Source: Picochlorum sp. SENEW3 (lineage: Eukaryota). From it: 64,000 nucleotides of DNA. Of this stretch, positions 20,814 through 32,435 are shown piece after piece. The stretch is taken from contig CP120456.1 of the NCBI GenBank assembly GCA_034226945.1, positions 1 to 64,000 of the forward strand, in the 5' to 3' direction. Positions within the stretch are counted from its first letter, which is position 1, and the number at the start of each line of letters is the position of its first letter. The notes beneath the pieces are model-generated. The model was not told the origin of the DNA and searched no databases. It saw only the letters and a program-made list of their open reading frames with translations. Both the position numbers and the translations under genes were made by a program.

Positions 20814-22759
20814 GTGTTGGCACGAATGCCAACAACTAATGCCAAGCTTGCTTGTTGAGAGGAGTATCTGTGGTCGGCTCGCAAAATTGTGGACACGTAA
20901 ACCATGTAACAGGTTAATAATGGTGTTTATTACCTCTGGGAGTAGGAGTACTTGGGTACTTGATGGGAGCGGAGTAGAGAGTCTGTGTGTTGGTCTCACT
21001 GACAGTGTCCGCTCCTGGCATCCATTCGACGAGAGACATCACGCATACTACTTCTCGTCGTCTCTCCGTCCGTAAACAGACACAATAAAAACAGGCGACC
21101 ACCACACCGGCACACCGGCCATGGGTCACGATTTTTTATTGTGTTCAATTACAGCAGGAGAAAAAAAAACACTTGGGTACTTGGGAGTGTGTATCGATCG
21201 CTCTAGTGTTCAATTACATTGAATATGGGATTATTATACTTGCAAAAACGTCCTGCCGACACCGCGACGAATGAAAGTCCCCATTAAAAACACAGGTGGT
21301 CGTCGTCAATTCCGTTCGCGTCACATTGGTTGGGACGAGGAGGAAGGGCCTGCAGAGCTGTCACCCTTGGGCAGGAAGGGCCATTCATATGATTCATAAT
21401 AAGTCCATCATACGACCCACGTATGGCCACATTCACAGAGAGGGGCCCGTAGCCGTTCCACGGGAATGCCTTGGCGATCACAGTGGACAGAGCCACGACG
21501 TCCAGGACCTCTCTTTCTCCTGATGGGTTTCTGCATGAATCGTTGATTGACATTGCAATACTTTTGAATCAAATCAATGAGGCGGCAGAAAAACAAAACC
21601 AAGCTCAAGCAGGCGGGTGGCAGTGAGTGTGTTGCGCCAAGAGCACGAATGCCACGCTTGCTTGTTGAGAGGAGTATCTGTGGTCGGCTCGATTTCTGGA
21701 AGTACACCATGTTATAGGTTCATAGTAATACGGGTAGAAGGAAGCGTGTTTGTTGCCCAGCATTACAGGGAAAGGAGACTTTGATTGGGTATTGAGAGCG
21801 GAGGGTAGCCACAGGGTCTCTTTTCTTTGAGAGATGGCCGCTCCTGGCATCGATTCGACCGGAGACATAATTTCAAACGCAAAACGCTCGTCGTGTTTCC
21901 GTCTGTAAAAAGACACAATAAAAAAAGACGACCACGGGCCAAAACTGGACAGTTCGTTGACATTGGCGTCGAATAAGCTACTTTTCGACGCGAACCACGG
22001 AGACGCACGATGGTCCGGTCCATCAAACTACTGGACCGGAAGAAGAAGCCACGTTGGTTGCTCTCTTCGTTCGTAAAAAGAGACAATAAAAAAAGGTGAC
22101 CAGTTAGACTGCCATTATCACGACTGTTATAGAAGGGAGAGACGTGGGTCGACAAAATTTCATTGCGTTCATTTCCGATAACGGGAGTGACGTCTACTGC
22201 ACGGCTTTTTTACACACAGCAAAAAGACGAAAACAGCATTTTTTACAGCAACAAACAGCAAACAGTTCCATCTGAATATCGTTTCTTGATGGGCAGGGTC
22301 ACACAGCAAGACCTCATCGCGGCACTTTTCAACTGATGGTCCGCCAAACTGGAATGCTGCGTCGAATCTCCCCCAATGTCTGTTGCAAAAGCAAGAAATC
22401 TCCACTCTCAGATTCTCGTCGGAGGACGATTCTCTGTCACCATGGAGAATGAGGCCTCTGTTGGCTTTTCCCATTGACTTGTTTTGCTCTTTCCTGACTG
22501 CAGGGTGCACCACTGGAGGGGCTTCTTCCGCCCAAGCGATCCTGAAATGCCATTGCATTCTCTAGACTGTGATCCGATCGCTGTCAAAAAGTTCCTCACC
22601 ACTTCAAATCGCCATGCCACGCTTCGTTGGCAACAATCTTATCCTCAAGATGGAAGATTCGAAATCGTTCCAGGAGGAACAAGAATTTGGTGGAGGGCAC
22701 ATGGGCGGGGGTACCATATATGCTAATATTAGGGGAAATTCGATAGCACACAGTACAGT

Positions 22760-23875
22760 ATGAGCAAAGCTGTGAGCGTCACAAGGCCGAGAATCGGTGG
22801 AGCGAGAGTTGGACGTCCATCGCTGTGTGGCTTTCGTGCCAGGGGGCGACGGTATGGGGTCCAAGTAAAGGCATTCTTTGATTTATTCAATGGTAAAAAG
22901 AATCAAAACAGATCATCGGGAAGGCGAGACGAATTGATCGAGGAATTGTTGAGGGCGACTGCAAACAGCAATGGTGGTCTGGGTGTGAGCGCGAGCGGGA
23001 GGAAGGAGATTAGCAATCTGGTTGAAGAGCTCCAAAATTATTGCATGAATGATCCTTTGGGGTCGGAGAACATCTTCGGGCGCTGGGAAGTACGCTATGC
23101 GTCTAAACCCGAGACAGCAGGGGGCCCATTCAGGACACCCGTGGGTAGGCTGGTTTTCCCTGGACAGCGTGCGATCCAAATCATTGAAGAGCCTAACGTA
23201 TGCGTCAATCAGATCGAGTTCAAAACGCTGGGGTTCATTCCTGGGAGTGTCACCCAGGAAGGAACCGTGGAGCCAGTCGATGGACGGACTTTTGAAATCA
23301 CATTCACCACGAATACAGGCAAGAATCTCGGGGGTCCACCCAAGAGATTGATCGAGATTTTGTATCTAGACGAGAATATTAGGATTGCCAGGGCTGTTCC
23401 CTTGGAAGATAATAAGGAACCGGGATTCTATGTATTCACAAGGGAAGGCATCCAATACCAGGTGGAGGAGGCTGAGGAAGAAGTAGATTTGGTCGATAAT
23501 GAGGCTGGGCCTTCCAAAGCCGAACTGGCTGCGATGCAAAGGCAGAGACTGGCTGCGGCGAGGGCGGAGGCGAAGGAACTCTATGCCGAACTCAGTAGCA
23601 AGGTGAAAGAGTTGACATTGGATGCCCAGGAGACAGCTAGCCAACTGTCCTCTGTTGAGAAGGAAGCCGCGGGCGCCATTAGAGAGGCGGCTACCGCGAG
23701 GAGACTGATAGAAAAATCAGAAGGCATTGGAGAATCTCTGGAAGACAGACTTTCTCAAGCTCAGGAGAGGGAAGTCACCCTGGAGAAGGAGATTCTTTCC
23801 TTGCAAAGAGAGAGCAACTCGATACGACAGCAATTGATATCAACAAAAAAGTCGTTGGGTCCTGCGATAAAATGA
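22760..23875 (+). CDS. PAP/fibrillin-domain plastid protein with C-terminal coiled coil
   Basis: Transit-like N-terminus, GRWEVRYAS, ILYLDENIRIARA..FYVFTR, E/K/A/L-rich helical tail. Confidence 0.8.
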   Translation: MSKAVSVTRPRIGGARVGRPSLCGFRARGRRYGVQVKAFFDLFNGKKNQNRSSGRRDELIEELLRATANSNGGLGVSASGRKEISNLVEELQNYCMNDPLGSENIFGRWEVRYASKPETAGGPFRTPVGRLVFPGQRAIQIIEEPNVCVNQIEFKTLGFIPGSVTQEGTVEPVDGRTFEITFTTNTGKNLGGPPKRLIEILYLDENIRIARAVPLEDNKEPGFYVFTREGIQYQVEEAEEEVDLVDNEAGPSKAELAAMQRQRLAAARAEAKELYAELSSKVKELTLDAQETASQLSSVEKEAAGAIREAATARRLIEKSEGIGESLEDRLSQAQEREVTLEKEILSLQRESNSIRQQLISTKKSLGPAIK

Positions 23876-23886
23876 TAATAAAATAA

Positions 23887-25107
23887 TTATGTAGTAGTAA
23901 TATGGCTATATGCACCACTGAGTATCTGCCAGAGCAGCGTGTTGAAGGCGGGAACCACATGGGTCCCGTCGCGATAGCACCAATCCATGCAAGCTTCTGC
24001 CATGCTATAGAGATCTATGGGGTATACCGGACCCTCCGGTGCCATAAATCCAGCATCGATGAGCACGGAATTGAACTTTTTCAAACTATACATCCACGTC
24101 ACGTTCTCATCGTCCCTTGTGAAGGGTTCCTTGAAAGGAGGGGATATCATCCAGAACACAGGCTTGCCCTCCCCAAACTGCACTCATAATGGTCCTCGCA
24201 TCATCATCATCATCATCATCAAAGGAGAATCTAAACATGTGCATGCAACGCACCATACGATGGTATTTTGTGATCGACTCGACGAGCCCTGGGACTTCTC
24301 CTTTGAACTCGGTAAAATTCCTCGCCCATTTGGCCTGGTGGGCAGAAGGGTCCAAAACGAGCAGGTCTGGAGCTGTCCTCTGTTCCAGCCATTCGTCCAA
24401 CAGGGTCGTTGCTGTTATCACATTTGCTCTCCAATAAAATTCCACAGAAGTTTTCGTCTTCTTTACTTTCCATTTGAAGTCCTTGTGCTCCTTCTTGTCG
24501 TAGGTGGGAGCTTCAGATATGCTTTCATCTGCACATGTGATGTCGCTTAGTTCGAGGATGGTTGAAGAATATTTCTTTCTGGTGCGAATGGCGATGCTTC
24601 ATCCCCGACGTACCTTCTAAAAATGATCCTAAATAACCATATAATTTTCTGAGGTGCGAATCACCCACCAGAGCAATGCGTTTCCCACGGAACAACCGGG
24701 ATACGGTTGTGTACTCCAGTCTCCTGGGAATGCAACTCGCTGCTGTATCTCCCCCCGCCCAAACCCATTGTCTTGGATACTCAGTGTTCTCATTATTGCA
24801 CGATGTCAAACTTCCTTTCTTGGATTTGGGGCACCTGCAAGGTAACCATTGCAACTGGTCTCTCTCCCTCTCTCTGGCAGTCAAGTAGTAGCACGCTCAA
24901 CGTACCCATCCGTCATCAACTCCCACCTACCATTGCTCAATTCGAGCAAACAAGATTTATCTTTAATTCTATTTGTAGTTGTTCGTAGCGCTACTGCTGA
25001 TTGAAAATCGCACGATGCGCTGGCAAGCAGCACTCCAACCGTAACTAGAAATGCAGTGCCGGTCGTGAGGACTATCAGTCTTTTCGACAATAGTCCTCTC
25101 TGAGTCA
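23887..25107 (-). CDS. SGNH/PC-esterase (TBL/CAS1-like) protein, multi-exon
   Basis: N-terminal hydrophobic anchor, FRGKRIALVGDSHLR (GDS), RDGTH (DxxH). The ORF pieces are separated by short GT-AG introns. Start approximate. Confidence 0.65.
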
Positions 25108-25489
25108 TACTACACAGTGTGTTGGCACATATGAGAGAAAATACAGCTTCCTGGTGGGCGAACATGCGCGGATACGCGACCTCCCTCCAGAGTCGAGAGG
25201 GGGCAAGGGCGACAATGTCGCCGACCGTACGGCACGCGTGCTTGACGGGAACCCCACACCGACCTCATCAACTTCACCGGGATGCATGTGTGAACAACAT
25301 TTCAGATAGCATGAAACATTAGACAGCATATGATTTATATGTCTTGTGTGTTGTAGTGCGGATCAGGGGGAGCAGGCCGCCTCTGTCGTTGCAATTCATG
25401 TGCTCCCACCTCGGGAGGTTTCAAATTGGTGTAGAAGGCACGGGGCCGTCGGGCAGATTTAAATTCGCTTGCCGGTACAATAGTTTAAA

Positions 25490-27070
25490 TTGAAGGATAC
25501 ATGCGTGCTGTTTATGGGCGCACCTGACGTAAGGATGCCGAGCGAGAGGGAGCCAACTGGCCACTTCGCCATTCGCTTGCTGGATGAAGCGTCCAGCGAT
25601 TCCGACTCAGAGGTGTCCTACGACTACAAACGAGTTCAAATGGCGACCGTATTGCAGCAGTATGCCTGGGACATGAGCGGAGATTCTTCAGACGAGGAGA
25701 GTTGCTTCTCGGACTCGAAGATTCACCAGAGGGTCGCGAGTCTGGAGCAGGACATGGCGAACATCCAGCAAGAGGAAATGGAAGCTCTTCGATCATCGCA
25801 GTCGAGGGTGGACTCTCTGCAAACGTTCTTGATGAAGGATTCCATGACGAAGAGCCGATCAGAGCAGGTGCTCCAGGCCATCAGGCAACAGCACCAGGCA
25901 GCATATTTGAGGGATCAGGCAGCGGTCCAAGCGGTCGAACAGGAGATGGAAATGAAGATGAAGGCAAAACGAGCAGAGGAGGAGAAAAAGAAACAGAAAG
26001 AAAAGGCTGAGAGGCAGAGGCAGGAGGAGGAGCAGAAGCGACGGCAGGCAGCGGAGGAGGAAAGGCTCCAGGAGTTGAAAAAGATGGAAGAGCGACGGGT
26101 CCAGGAGCAGAAAGAATTGGAAGAGAAAGAAAAAGAAGCATATCGTCTCGTTCAGATTTCTGAACCAGACGCTACGGCGTATCGACAGCGCCAGGCCGCT
26201 GTGCTCCAGGAGTACAATACGAGCCTCAAGGCTTTTTGTGAAGATGCCTCCATGAAAGATGCGAGAAGAGGTATTAAAAAATTCATTACATTGTCCGTGC
26301 AGCAGATATCGGCCACTCAGGAGCAAGTGAATAAAAAGTCGAATAGTTTGTTGCACTTCCTGTCCGAGCAGCACGATCTTCAAAGGAAGTTTTCCCTGGT
26401 GACATTGGCATCCAAGATGCTGAGCCAGTGCGAGGTGCAGATCACGAGGTTGCACTCGTTTGCATTTCCCCTAGGCGAAGTTTCAGTTTCAATCGGTCGC
26501 CAATATCCGGAGTTTCTAAATGTTCTGGTTGGGATGCTGCACAATGAATGCCCGTTGAGTATTCCCCTTGTCTTCCGTCCAGGTCCCAAAGGCTCAAAGG
26601 ATGTGAAATATTTCAGAGCAATGCGTTTTAAAGTCGAAACAACAGAAGCATCATCCGTTTCAGTAGAGAATGAAGAAGAATATGTAGGTCGGCTGCAAGG
26701 GTATATCAGATTGTATGCCGCCATCTTGCAGAATGATAGCCCAGCAACTGATTTTGGGATGAGTGAAGCGTGGTCATATGTCGCCTTGCTGTTGAATGGA
26801 ATTCCCTCGTCTCGATACAGTGCGAGCGCTCTTGATGCGTTCCTGTCAATCGCAGGTTTCAAAATGTACACAAGGTTTAGGAGGCAGTTTGAAAAGTTGC
26901 TAGCATATGTGACTGCGTATTTCTTGCAGGATCTGAAGGATACAAATGATCCAGATGCAAACGCGGTTGCGGCGCGCCTCGAGTCATATATCCAGTCAAA
27001 GGTATTCCTCCAGCCTCCCGAAGGTCGCTCCATGCCGGTGCGGGACGAATCTAGCTACAGCAGGGCTTGA
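25490..27070 (+). CDS. GLE1: mRNA export factor GLE1
   Basis: Coiled-coil N-half, then AFPLGEV, CPLSIP, GYIRLYAAI, AWSYVALLLN, AGFKMYTRFRRQFEKLL, PPEGR. The true start is probably a downstream ATG. Confidence 0.85.
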   Translation: MKDTCVLFMGAPDVRMPSEREPTGHFAIRLLDEASSDSDSEVSYDYKRVQMATVLQQYAWDMSGDSSDEESCFSDSKIHQRVASLEQDMANIQQEEMEALRSSQSRVDSLQTFLMKDSMTKSRSEQVLQAIRQQHQAAYLRDQAAVQAVEQEMEMKMKAKRAEEEKKKQKEKAERQRQEEEQKRRQAAEEERLQELKKMEERRVQEQKELEEKEKEAYRLVQISEPDATAYRQRQAAVLQEYNTSLKAFCEDASMKDARRGIKKFITLSVQQISATQEQVNKKSNSLLHFLSEQHDLQRKFSLVTLASKMLSQCEVQITRLHSFAFPLGEVSVSIGRQYPEFLNVLVGMLHNECPLSIPLVFRPGPKGSKDVKYFRAMRFKVETTEASSVSVENEEEYVGRLQGYIRLYAAILQNDSPATDFGMSEAWSYVALLLNGIPSSRYSASALDAFLSIAGFKMYTRFRRQFEKLLAYVTAYFLQDLKDTNDPDANAVAARLESYIQSKVFLQPPEGRSMPVRDESSYSRA

Positions 27071-27099
27071 ACTTGGACAAACATCATGGGCCCTTCCAA

Positions 27100-27957
27100 T
27101 TACATTTTTTTAAATGACATCCGATACGTGTAAATTGTCACTGGTTTCCCTAAAGACTGCAAGATGGTTGCCTTCTGGTCGTAAGGGCTTAGGAAATCGC
27201 TAATCACCTGGGTTGCGACGATGGTGGGCACATTGTCAGCCGGCCCATCAGCCTCTCTCCACCGCCATTTTGTGTATGCCCGGCTTGCTTTCAGGCGGAC
27301 ATTCTGCATCTGGGCACTGTCCACCAACTGCTGATAGAATTCCGAAGTCTCCAGCAGGTCATCTGATAGCAGTTCCTGGCTGCGCCTCGTGACATCCGAA
27401 GTCACTCGCAGACCTCCTGGCATCGAAATCTCCAAATGGTCTGGACTGCTTGCCTTCCACTGAATTCGGCTCATCACATCCTCCAGGCTCATACCGGTAT
27501 ATATTTCTAGCATAGCCGCAGTGTTGTATTTTCTATCTAAGATAACCGAGCCATTCGCATTTCTCTGAAAATGTATTGGGTATTTGACAATCTTGTCCAA
27601 GTCTTCTGCCTGAGCCCTTTTCACAACGGCAAGGTCTGGCACCGCCTCCTCTCCGAAAGGCAGCTCTACCTTCGTCAAAACAGACTCAACTTTCCAGTGC
27701 CCCTCGAAAACATCGGGGAAGGACAAGTCTCGAGGGGCCATGCCGAGCGCTGCCAAGGAGTTTGAGTTCTGCTCAAAAGTTGCTGCCGTGGCTGGGGGGG
27801 AGGCTAGCAGGGACAGCCCGCCGATGCTCACCAGCGCCAACATATCCCTTCGTCCGTTCAATCTAGCGTCATTATTGCACCCCTGGTGGAATCGCCGGCC
27901 CGGTGGGCTCTGAACTGTATTACAAACGTTCAGCCACTCACGAACCAAACCAGCCAT
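27100..27957 (-). CDS. Conserved plastid/thylakoid-targeted protein (DUF6816-like)
   Basis: Twin-arginine RRDML plus hydrophobic stretch and AxA site; FPDVFEGHWKVES, DRKYN, SEFYQQ. Confidence 0.55.
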   Translation of the reverse strand: MAGLVREWLNVCNTVQSPPGRRFHQGCNNDARLNGRRDMLALVSIGGLSLLASPPATAATFEQNSNSLAALGMAPRDLSFPDVFEGHWKVESVLTKVELPFGEEAVPDLAVVKRAQAEDLDKIVKYPIHFQRNANGSVILDRKYNTAAMLEIYTGMSLEDVMSRIQWKASSPDHLEISMPGGLRVTSDVTRRSQELLSDDLLETSEFYQQLVDSAQMQNVRLKASRAYTKWRWREADGPADNVPTIVATQVISDFLSPYDQKATILQSLGKPVTIYTYRMSFKKM

Positions 27958-28174
27958 ATCTACGACGTCTGCCGACTTTTATGTGCGACCCATGGACTAA
28001 AATGCTGTTTCTTGGATTTGCGAATCCCGGATGCCATCCCACTCCGCGCAGAGAGTAAAAAATGCAATTGTCGGACCGTTCATCAAACGGCCCTTTTTCC
28101 AATGCCAGCCACAAAATGATGGGAATCAGAATTCCAGGGTGACTCAGTAAACTCTTAGAATAGCAATATCTGCC

Positions 28175-28960
28175 TTGTATCATGGCATTCGGCCATCCCG
28201 AATGCAAACAATGAGTTTCCTGTACCCTGTTTGTGCGGTTCGGCCTGCCGGTCGTCCAGCCGTGCGGGCCTCTGCAGCGGCACCCTTCTCGAACGACACT
28301 GAAATTGCTAAGAAAAGGTTCTTGGGCGCCGTGCGAGACACGCAGCGCGGCAATCAGACGGACAGTCTCGAACGAGGGGAGATTGAAGAGGCTCAAGTGT
28401 CACTGGAAACTACAGTGGCGGGGGAGCGCATCGACTGGAGTCTCTTGGCAGGGACGTGGGATGTGGTATATACAACCGCCAGGGATGTCAGGGGCATCGT
28501 TGGGGAGGAGCCATTCTTCTCGTGCAGGTCACGAGTGGTCGGACAGAGGTATGGAGCTCCTGTCAACGGTCTGGGACGGGTGACTAATATCATTGAGCTC
28601 GAATTTGATGTTCCATTTCTGCGGGGAACGACAGTATCGATCAATGTAGAGGCGGACTATAAAATAGATAACATCCGTAGCATAGGGCTGCTGTTCAAAT
28701 CGGCAAGCATTGGGCAAATACAGCCAGGGACAGCCTTCCAGGATGCCTTGACTCCTGCGGTTCTACCGAGAGGCTGGTGGAATCTGGCTGTACTGAACTA
28801 TCTGCGGGATTTCAAGATAGGATTCGAATTCCCCGGGGTCTCGAGGGCGACAGAGACTGTGATTCCTCCCAGCCTGTTTGTCACCTACTTGGATGAAGAC
28901 ATGTTCATCGGCAGGGCTCAACAAGGCGGGGGCGTATATGTGTATCGACGAATTGAATGA
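28175..28960 (+). CDS. PAP/fibrillin family protein
   Basis: TQRG..EIEEAQVSLE, LAGTWDVVYTTA, TYLDEDMFIGR..VYVYRR. Confidence 0.85.
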   Translation: MYHGIRPSRMQTMSFLYPVCAVRPAGRPAVRASAAAPFSNDTEIAKKRFLGAVRDTQRGNQTDSLERGEIEEAQVSLETTVAGERIDWSLLAGTWDVVYTTARDVRGIVGEEPFFSCRSRVVGQRYGAPVNGLGRVTNIIELEFDVPFLRGTTVSINVEADYKIDNIRSIGLLFKSASIGQIQPGTAFQDALTPAVLPRGWWNLAVLNYLRDFKIGFEFPGVSRATETVIPPSLFVTYLDEDMFIGRAQQGGGVYVYRRIE

Positions 28961-29002
28961 ATTGAATTTTGTCTTGTAAGCGAGTCATTGGAATCATCAA
29001 AG

Positions 29003-29875
29003 ATGGTGAATTGTCGTAGCGGTGAGGACATCCTCAACGAACTGACCGCGCTCGTGCAGGACGACATGCAGATAGCAACGTACAAGTATATTTCGAAGCG
29101 ATTTAATATCCCATTCGACGCGTCAAAGTCTTTGTTGCACGCCTTTCTGAAGGCACACGAGGATGTAGGTCTACGCTGTCTGTTCGCGTTTTGAGTTTGA
29201 ATTTTGAGCGCGTCTACTCTTCTTCTTTGCACGACGCGACTGCTAATTTCGTTGACATACGTACAGGATGTAGAGGCAACGTATTTATTGAGTGGTTGGA
29301 CCAAAGGGGAGAAGGGAAAGCACGTGGTCAAAGTGGTCCGAGGGGCTTGCTTGGAAAACGAGAAGGAGAGCTTCAGTCGTATCGACGCGCTACACGTGTA
29401 CAGTGTCCAGCCAAAGGCGTATAGGGGTGGGCACTCTTTATACGAGGTAGACATGGGCCCGGTGGAAGCGGAGGCTGGACGTCCATTGGGCAGGGTGGTC
29501 ATGGTGGTTGCCCCAGTGAGGACAAAGTCTGGAGCAGACAGTGCTCTACCGGTGCCGGCGAAAAGGGCACCGTCGGAGACAAAGCGGGAACCCGTGTCCA
29601 CCACCGGCAAGGCACAGCAAGGTAAAAGGAAGATGCAGACTATCGAATCGGATGATGAAGATGGCACTGGTGCTCCAGAGTCCACAGCAAAAAAATACAA
29701 AACATACATCAACGACAAAGGCGAAGAAGTAACTGAAGTAGAAAATGTGAAAGAGACATCCAAAGCAGCCGAGAAGAAACCTACGGCTAGGTCAGCAGAA
29801 AACAAAGGTAGCAAGTCTTCAGGAAAGGCCACCAAGCAGAAAGGGATTGCATCCTTCTTCTCTAAGAAAAAGTAA
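29003..29875 (+). CDS. POLD3: DNA polymerase delta subunit 3 (Cdc27/p66)-like, 2 exons
   Basis: N-terminal IATYKYISKRFNI..SKSLL, ATYLLSG, HVYSVQP. C-terminal PCNA PIP box QKGIASFF. Intron at ~29165-29266. Confidence 0.8.
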
Positions 29876-29910
29876 TAGCGCGACTCTTGCAGTTCTTCTC
29901 CAAGGAGCTG

Positions 29911-31268
29911 TTATAGATAGTTATTTTTAATTTCATCTGTAAATGCTTCGATGTGGCTGTTCACAGTCTGAGGGCAGTCTTGCTGTGCCCAGTGAGAGCA
30001 GTTGGCAAGTCTGACCAGAGCCACGTGCTTTTTCGAGAAGGAGCACGTCTCGAACATGGACGGAAGAAATGCTCCGTCCCGATCGGCATATAATTGCAAA
30101 ATAGGGATGCCTGGAGGGGAATTCGCCTGTAGGGTCCTGCATGTGATACACAGAACTCAGCTTGCCCCTCACATGTCAGCAGATGATCAATTATTGCATT
30201 TGCGTTCATCACCTGGAACGTGTGGATGCATCATACCTGTCCAGAAATCTCTTTGAGCGCTTTGAAGACGCCATCATGGCAGCTCGATAATAGTTCAATC
30301 CAGCAGTAAGCCTTCCTGGTCGGGATAGGGCAGACACATAGTATTCAATGTCTTCCTCTGTTAATGCCCCAACTGACACAATGCCCATTGGGCCTGTCAC
30401 GAGCAATTCTCGCACTCTAGCTCCATTTCCCGATTTTAAATATAATTCTGGAAGGGATGGTGTAGTAAAAAAGAGGAAATAGCTGGACAGGTACGCTTGC
30501 CTCAAGGTGAAACAGGCGCTTTCCTGGTATGCTAGAGGGTGTGGGGAGCACAGCGTCACCAGGCCCAAGATGATATCCGGAAAATTTGCCGCCACATTCC
30601 ATGCAACCATACCTCCCCAATCATGTCCTACAAGAATACACTCTTCATATCCGCATGCTTTGACAACAGCGCAAACGTCAAGACACAACTCATCGATCAG
30701 GTAATTTTCAAGGCCTGTTGGGGCATCCGAGTCTCCAAACCCCCTCATGTCAAGAGCGACAACTGTGTAAGAATGCCTAAAGTGATTCATCTGATTCCTC
30801 CATGAGTACGAATTCTCAGGGAACCCATGGAGGAAGAGCATGAGTGGCTTGGATGGAGCATGGTTGTCATTCCTCAGTGCATGCAGCCTGCAGGCAAGAA
30901 TACCGAATATTCATCACTACAGAGTTTGTACAACTCGCCACGACAAAACTCACCGTATTTTTGATGTTTGAATGAAAAAGCTTTCGGTGCCTGGGATGTC
31001 TGGCCTCCGTTTACGCCCGTCGCTGACTGCCAGAGTATGTCTGGGGCTGCAGTGATGCATGGCACCATCAGTATCAGAAGCATGCATGGATGCCAAGGTG
31101 GTGGTACAAACATGGTAGATATATGTCGAAGGCTTGGGAACAGTTCTCGTACCTGAGTACAAAGTCTTTCAGGAGGGAGAAGGATACACAGACACAATAG
31201 ACAAGTGTGAGTGCCCCAAACACCAAAGACAAACATGCGTTGAGAAAACCAGATACCAGACCCATCAT
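29911..31268 (-). CDS. Alpha/beta hydrolase, epoxide hydrolase-like, multi-exon
   Basis: FLHGFPE..SWR, DMRGFGDS, GHDWGG, LNYYRA, SHWAQQDCP. Confidence 0.88.
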
Positions 31269-31478
31269 CTTTGTGTGTTCGCCAAAAACAGACGAACTAC
31301 CTTGCTTCTCAAAGTGTGTTCACTCGCGGCGAAACACACCGTGTCACTCGCTGACCATCCTCGATGCTTCCATCGAGGCTGCATGCACAGAGCTGTATCT
31401 TGGTCTCACAAGCATTAAGAATCGAGAAAACGCGAGACCTCTGAGAGGCAGAGCTTTCGATGCGGCAAGAAGAAAAAA

Positions 31479-32162
31479 ATGATTGAAAAATTGGATATAG
31501 AAATCGACCCTTTGGAGGAGGGTTTAGAGATTGGTGGCGTCGTGGTTGGGAAACCGGTAGCACTCGCCCAGCATGCCGACCAAAACCTCGTCGCTGTGAG
31601 CTCGACAGATGGTGTTCCCATTGGCACATTCACGTTGAGCACTTTGAATGCAGATATGAATGAAATTATGGACCAATACGAGGCTGAGATTCGTAGCGTC
31701 AGGCGAAATACTGCTGGTCAACCCAGTCAAGTAGTCATTCGAGTGCGACGAAAACCCGAGGAAGCAGGTTCGTTCCACTGTATCCGCTATCCATATTTGT
31801 ATAGATCATTGACCAACGGTTGCTCTGGTTTCCGTCGCAGGACCGGTCCCTGACCTGCATCAGCAGGAGGAAGAAGAAGAGGTGGAGCTGCTATCAAGGC
31901 GTCAGCTTTCCGTCATCGGTGCGTATGGCCCTGCATATCTGCCAGTGACACAAAGATTTCATGCATGTTATTGTTGGATGCAGGCTCCAACCCGTCCTTT
32001 CGGAATGCCTTCAGAGACACAGGTCTGAGGGAGTGGGCAGAGAGAGTGGTCAAGGCTCCTGAGAAGGACCGGGAGTCCATCATGTCCCAGGCGCTCAGCG
32101 ACCCGCAGTGTGGTCCAATGATAGAGTCTCTTATGGATGAGTTTGTCGAGACGTGTCGGTGA
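31479..32162 (+). CDS. Hypothetical protein, probably 3 exons
   Basis: Coding-like ORF pieces joined by GT..CAG introns. No family recognised. Confidence 0.45.
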
Positions 32163-32435
32163 TCATACCCATATACCCTGAAAAAAAATAATTTTGCCTT
32201 GTTGCGTTAACTCTGTGTGAATATGCTCGCATGCTCAGCAGAGTTTGCCCCTGAATTCTGGGAATCCATTCATTCGGGCGATTAGTATTTATTCTAAAAT
32301 TTAGTAATATAGATTGATGATAGGCCTGGCTAGCCCTTCATAGAGGGCATACGTCTGAGAAGAGCGTTCGCCTGTTGCACCTGCTGTTTTCTTACCGTGT
32401 GAGGCGAGGTAACTAACCGTGGCGTTCTCCTGATC

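Larger units (their letters stand above)
14095..21936. repeat. Degenerate ~0.8-kb tandem repeat (about 2.5 units) interrupted by the Gypsy element
   Basis: The unit-start motif AAGCTCAAG..GTGTGTT occurs at ~14099, ~14874 and ~21601. 14387-14830 resembles 21124-21545, 14201-14285 resembles 21853-21936, and 20821-20881 resembles 21645-21691. Confidence 0.75.
2904..22101. repeat. Dispersed 30-31-bp motif family (YYGTAA-N6-ACAATAAAAA-N4/5-GACC), 12 copies in both orientations
   Basis: Forward copies start at 2904, 3963, 14253, 21070, 21903 and 22071. Reverse copies start at 3840, 4064, 12233, 14310, 14387 and 21124. None was noticed in the gene-dense part of the window. Confidence 0.85.

Noticed and set aside
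2904..22101. 31-bp motif copies as a CRISPR array
   Set aside because: Irregular spacing, both orientations, no cas genes, eukaryotic context.
22169..22740. Possible small gene upstream of the fibrillin
   Set aside because: Only short ORFs on both strands, with no recognisable motif or convincing exon chain.
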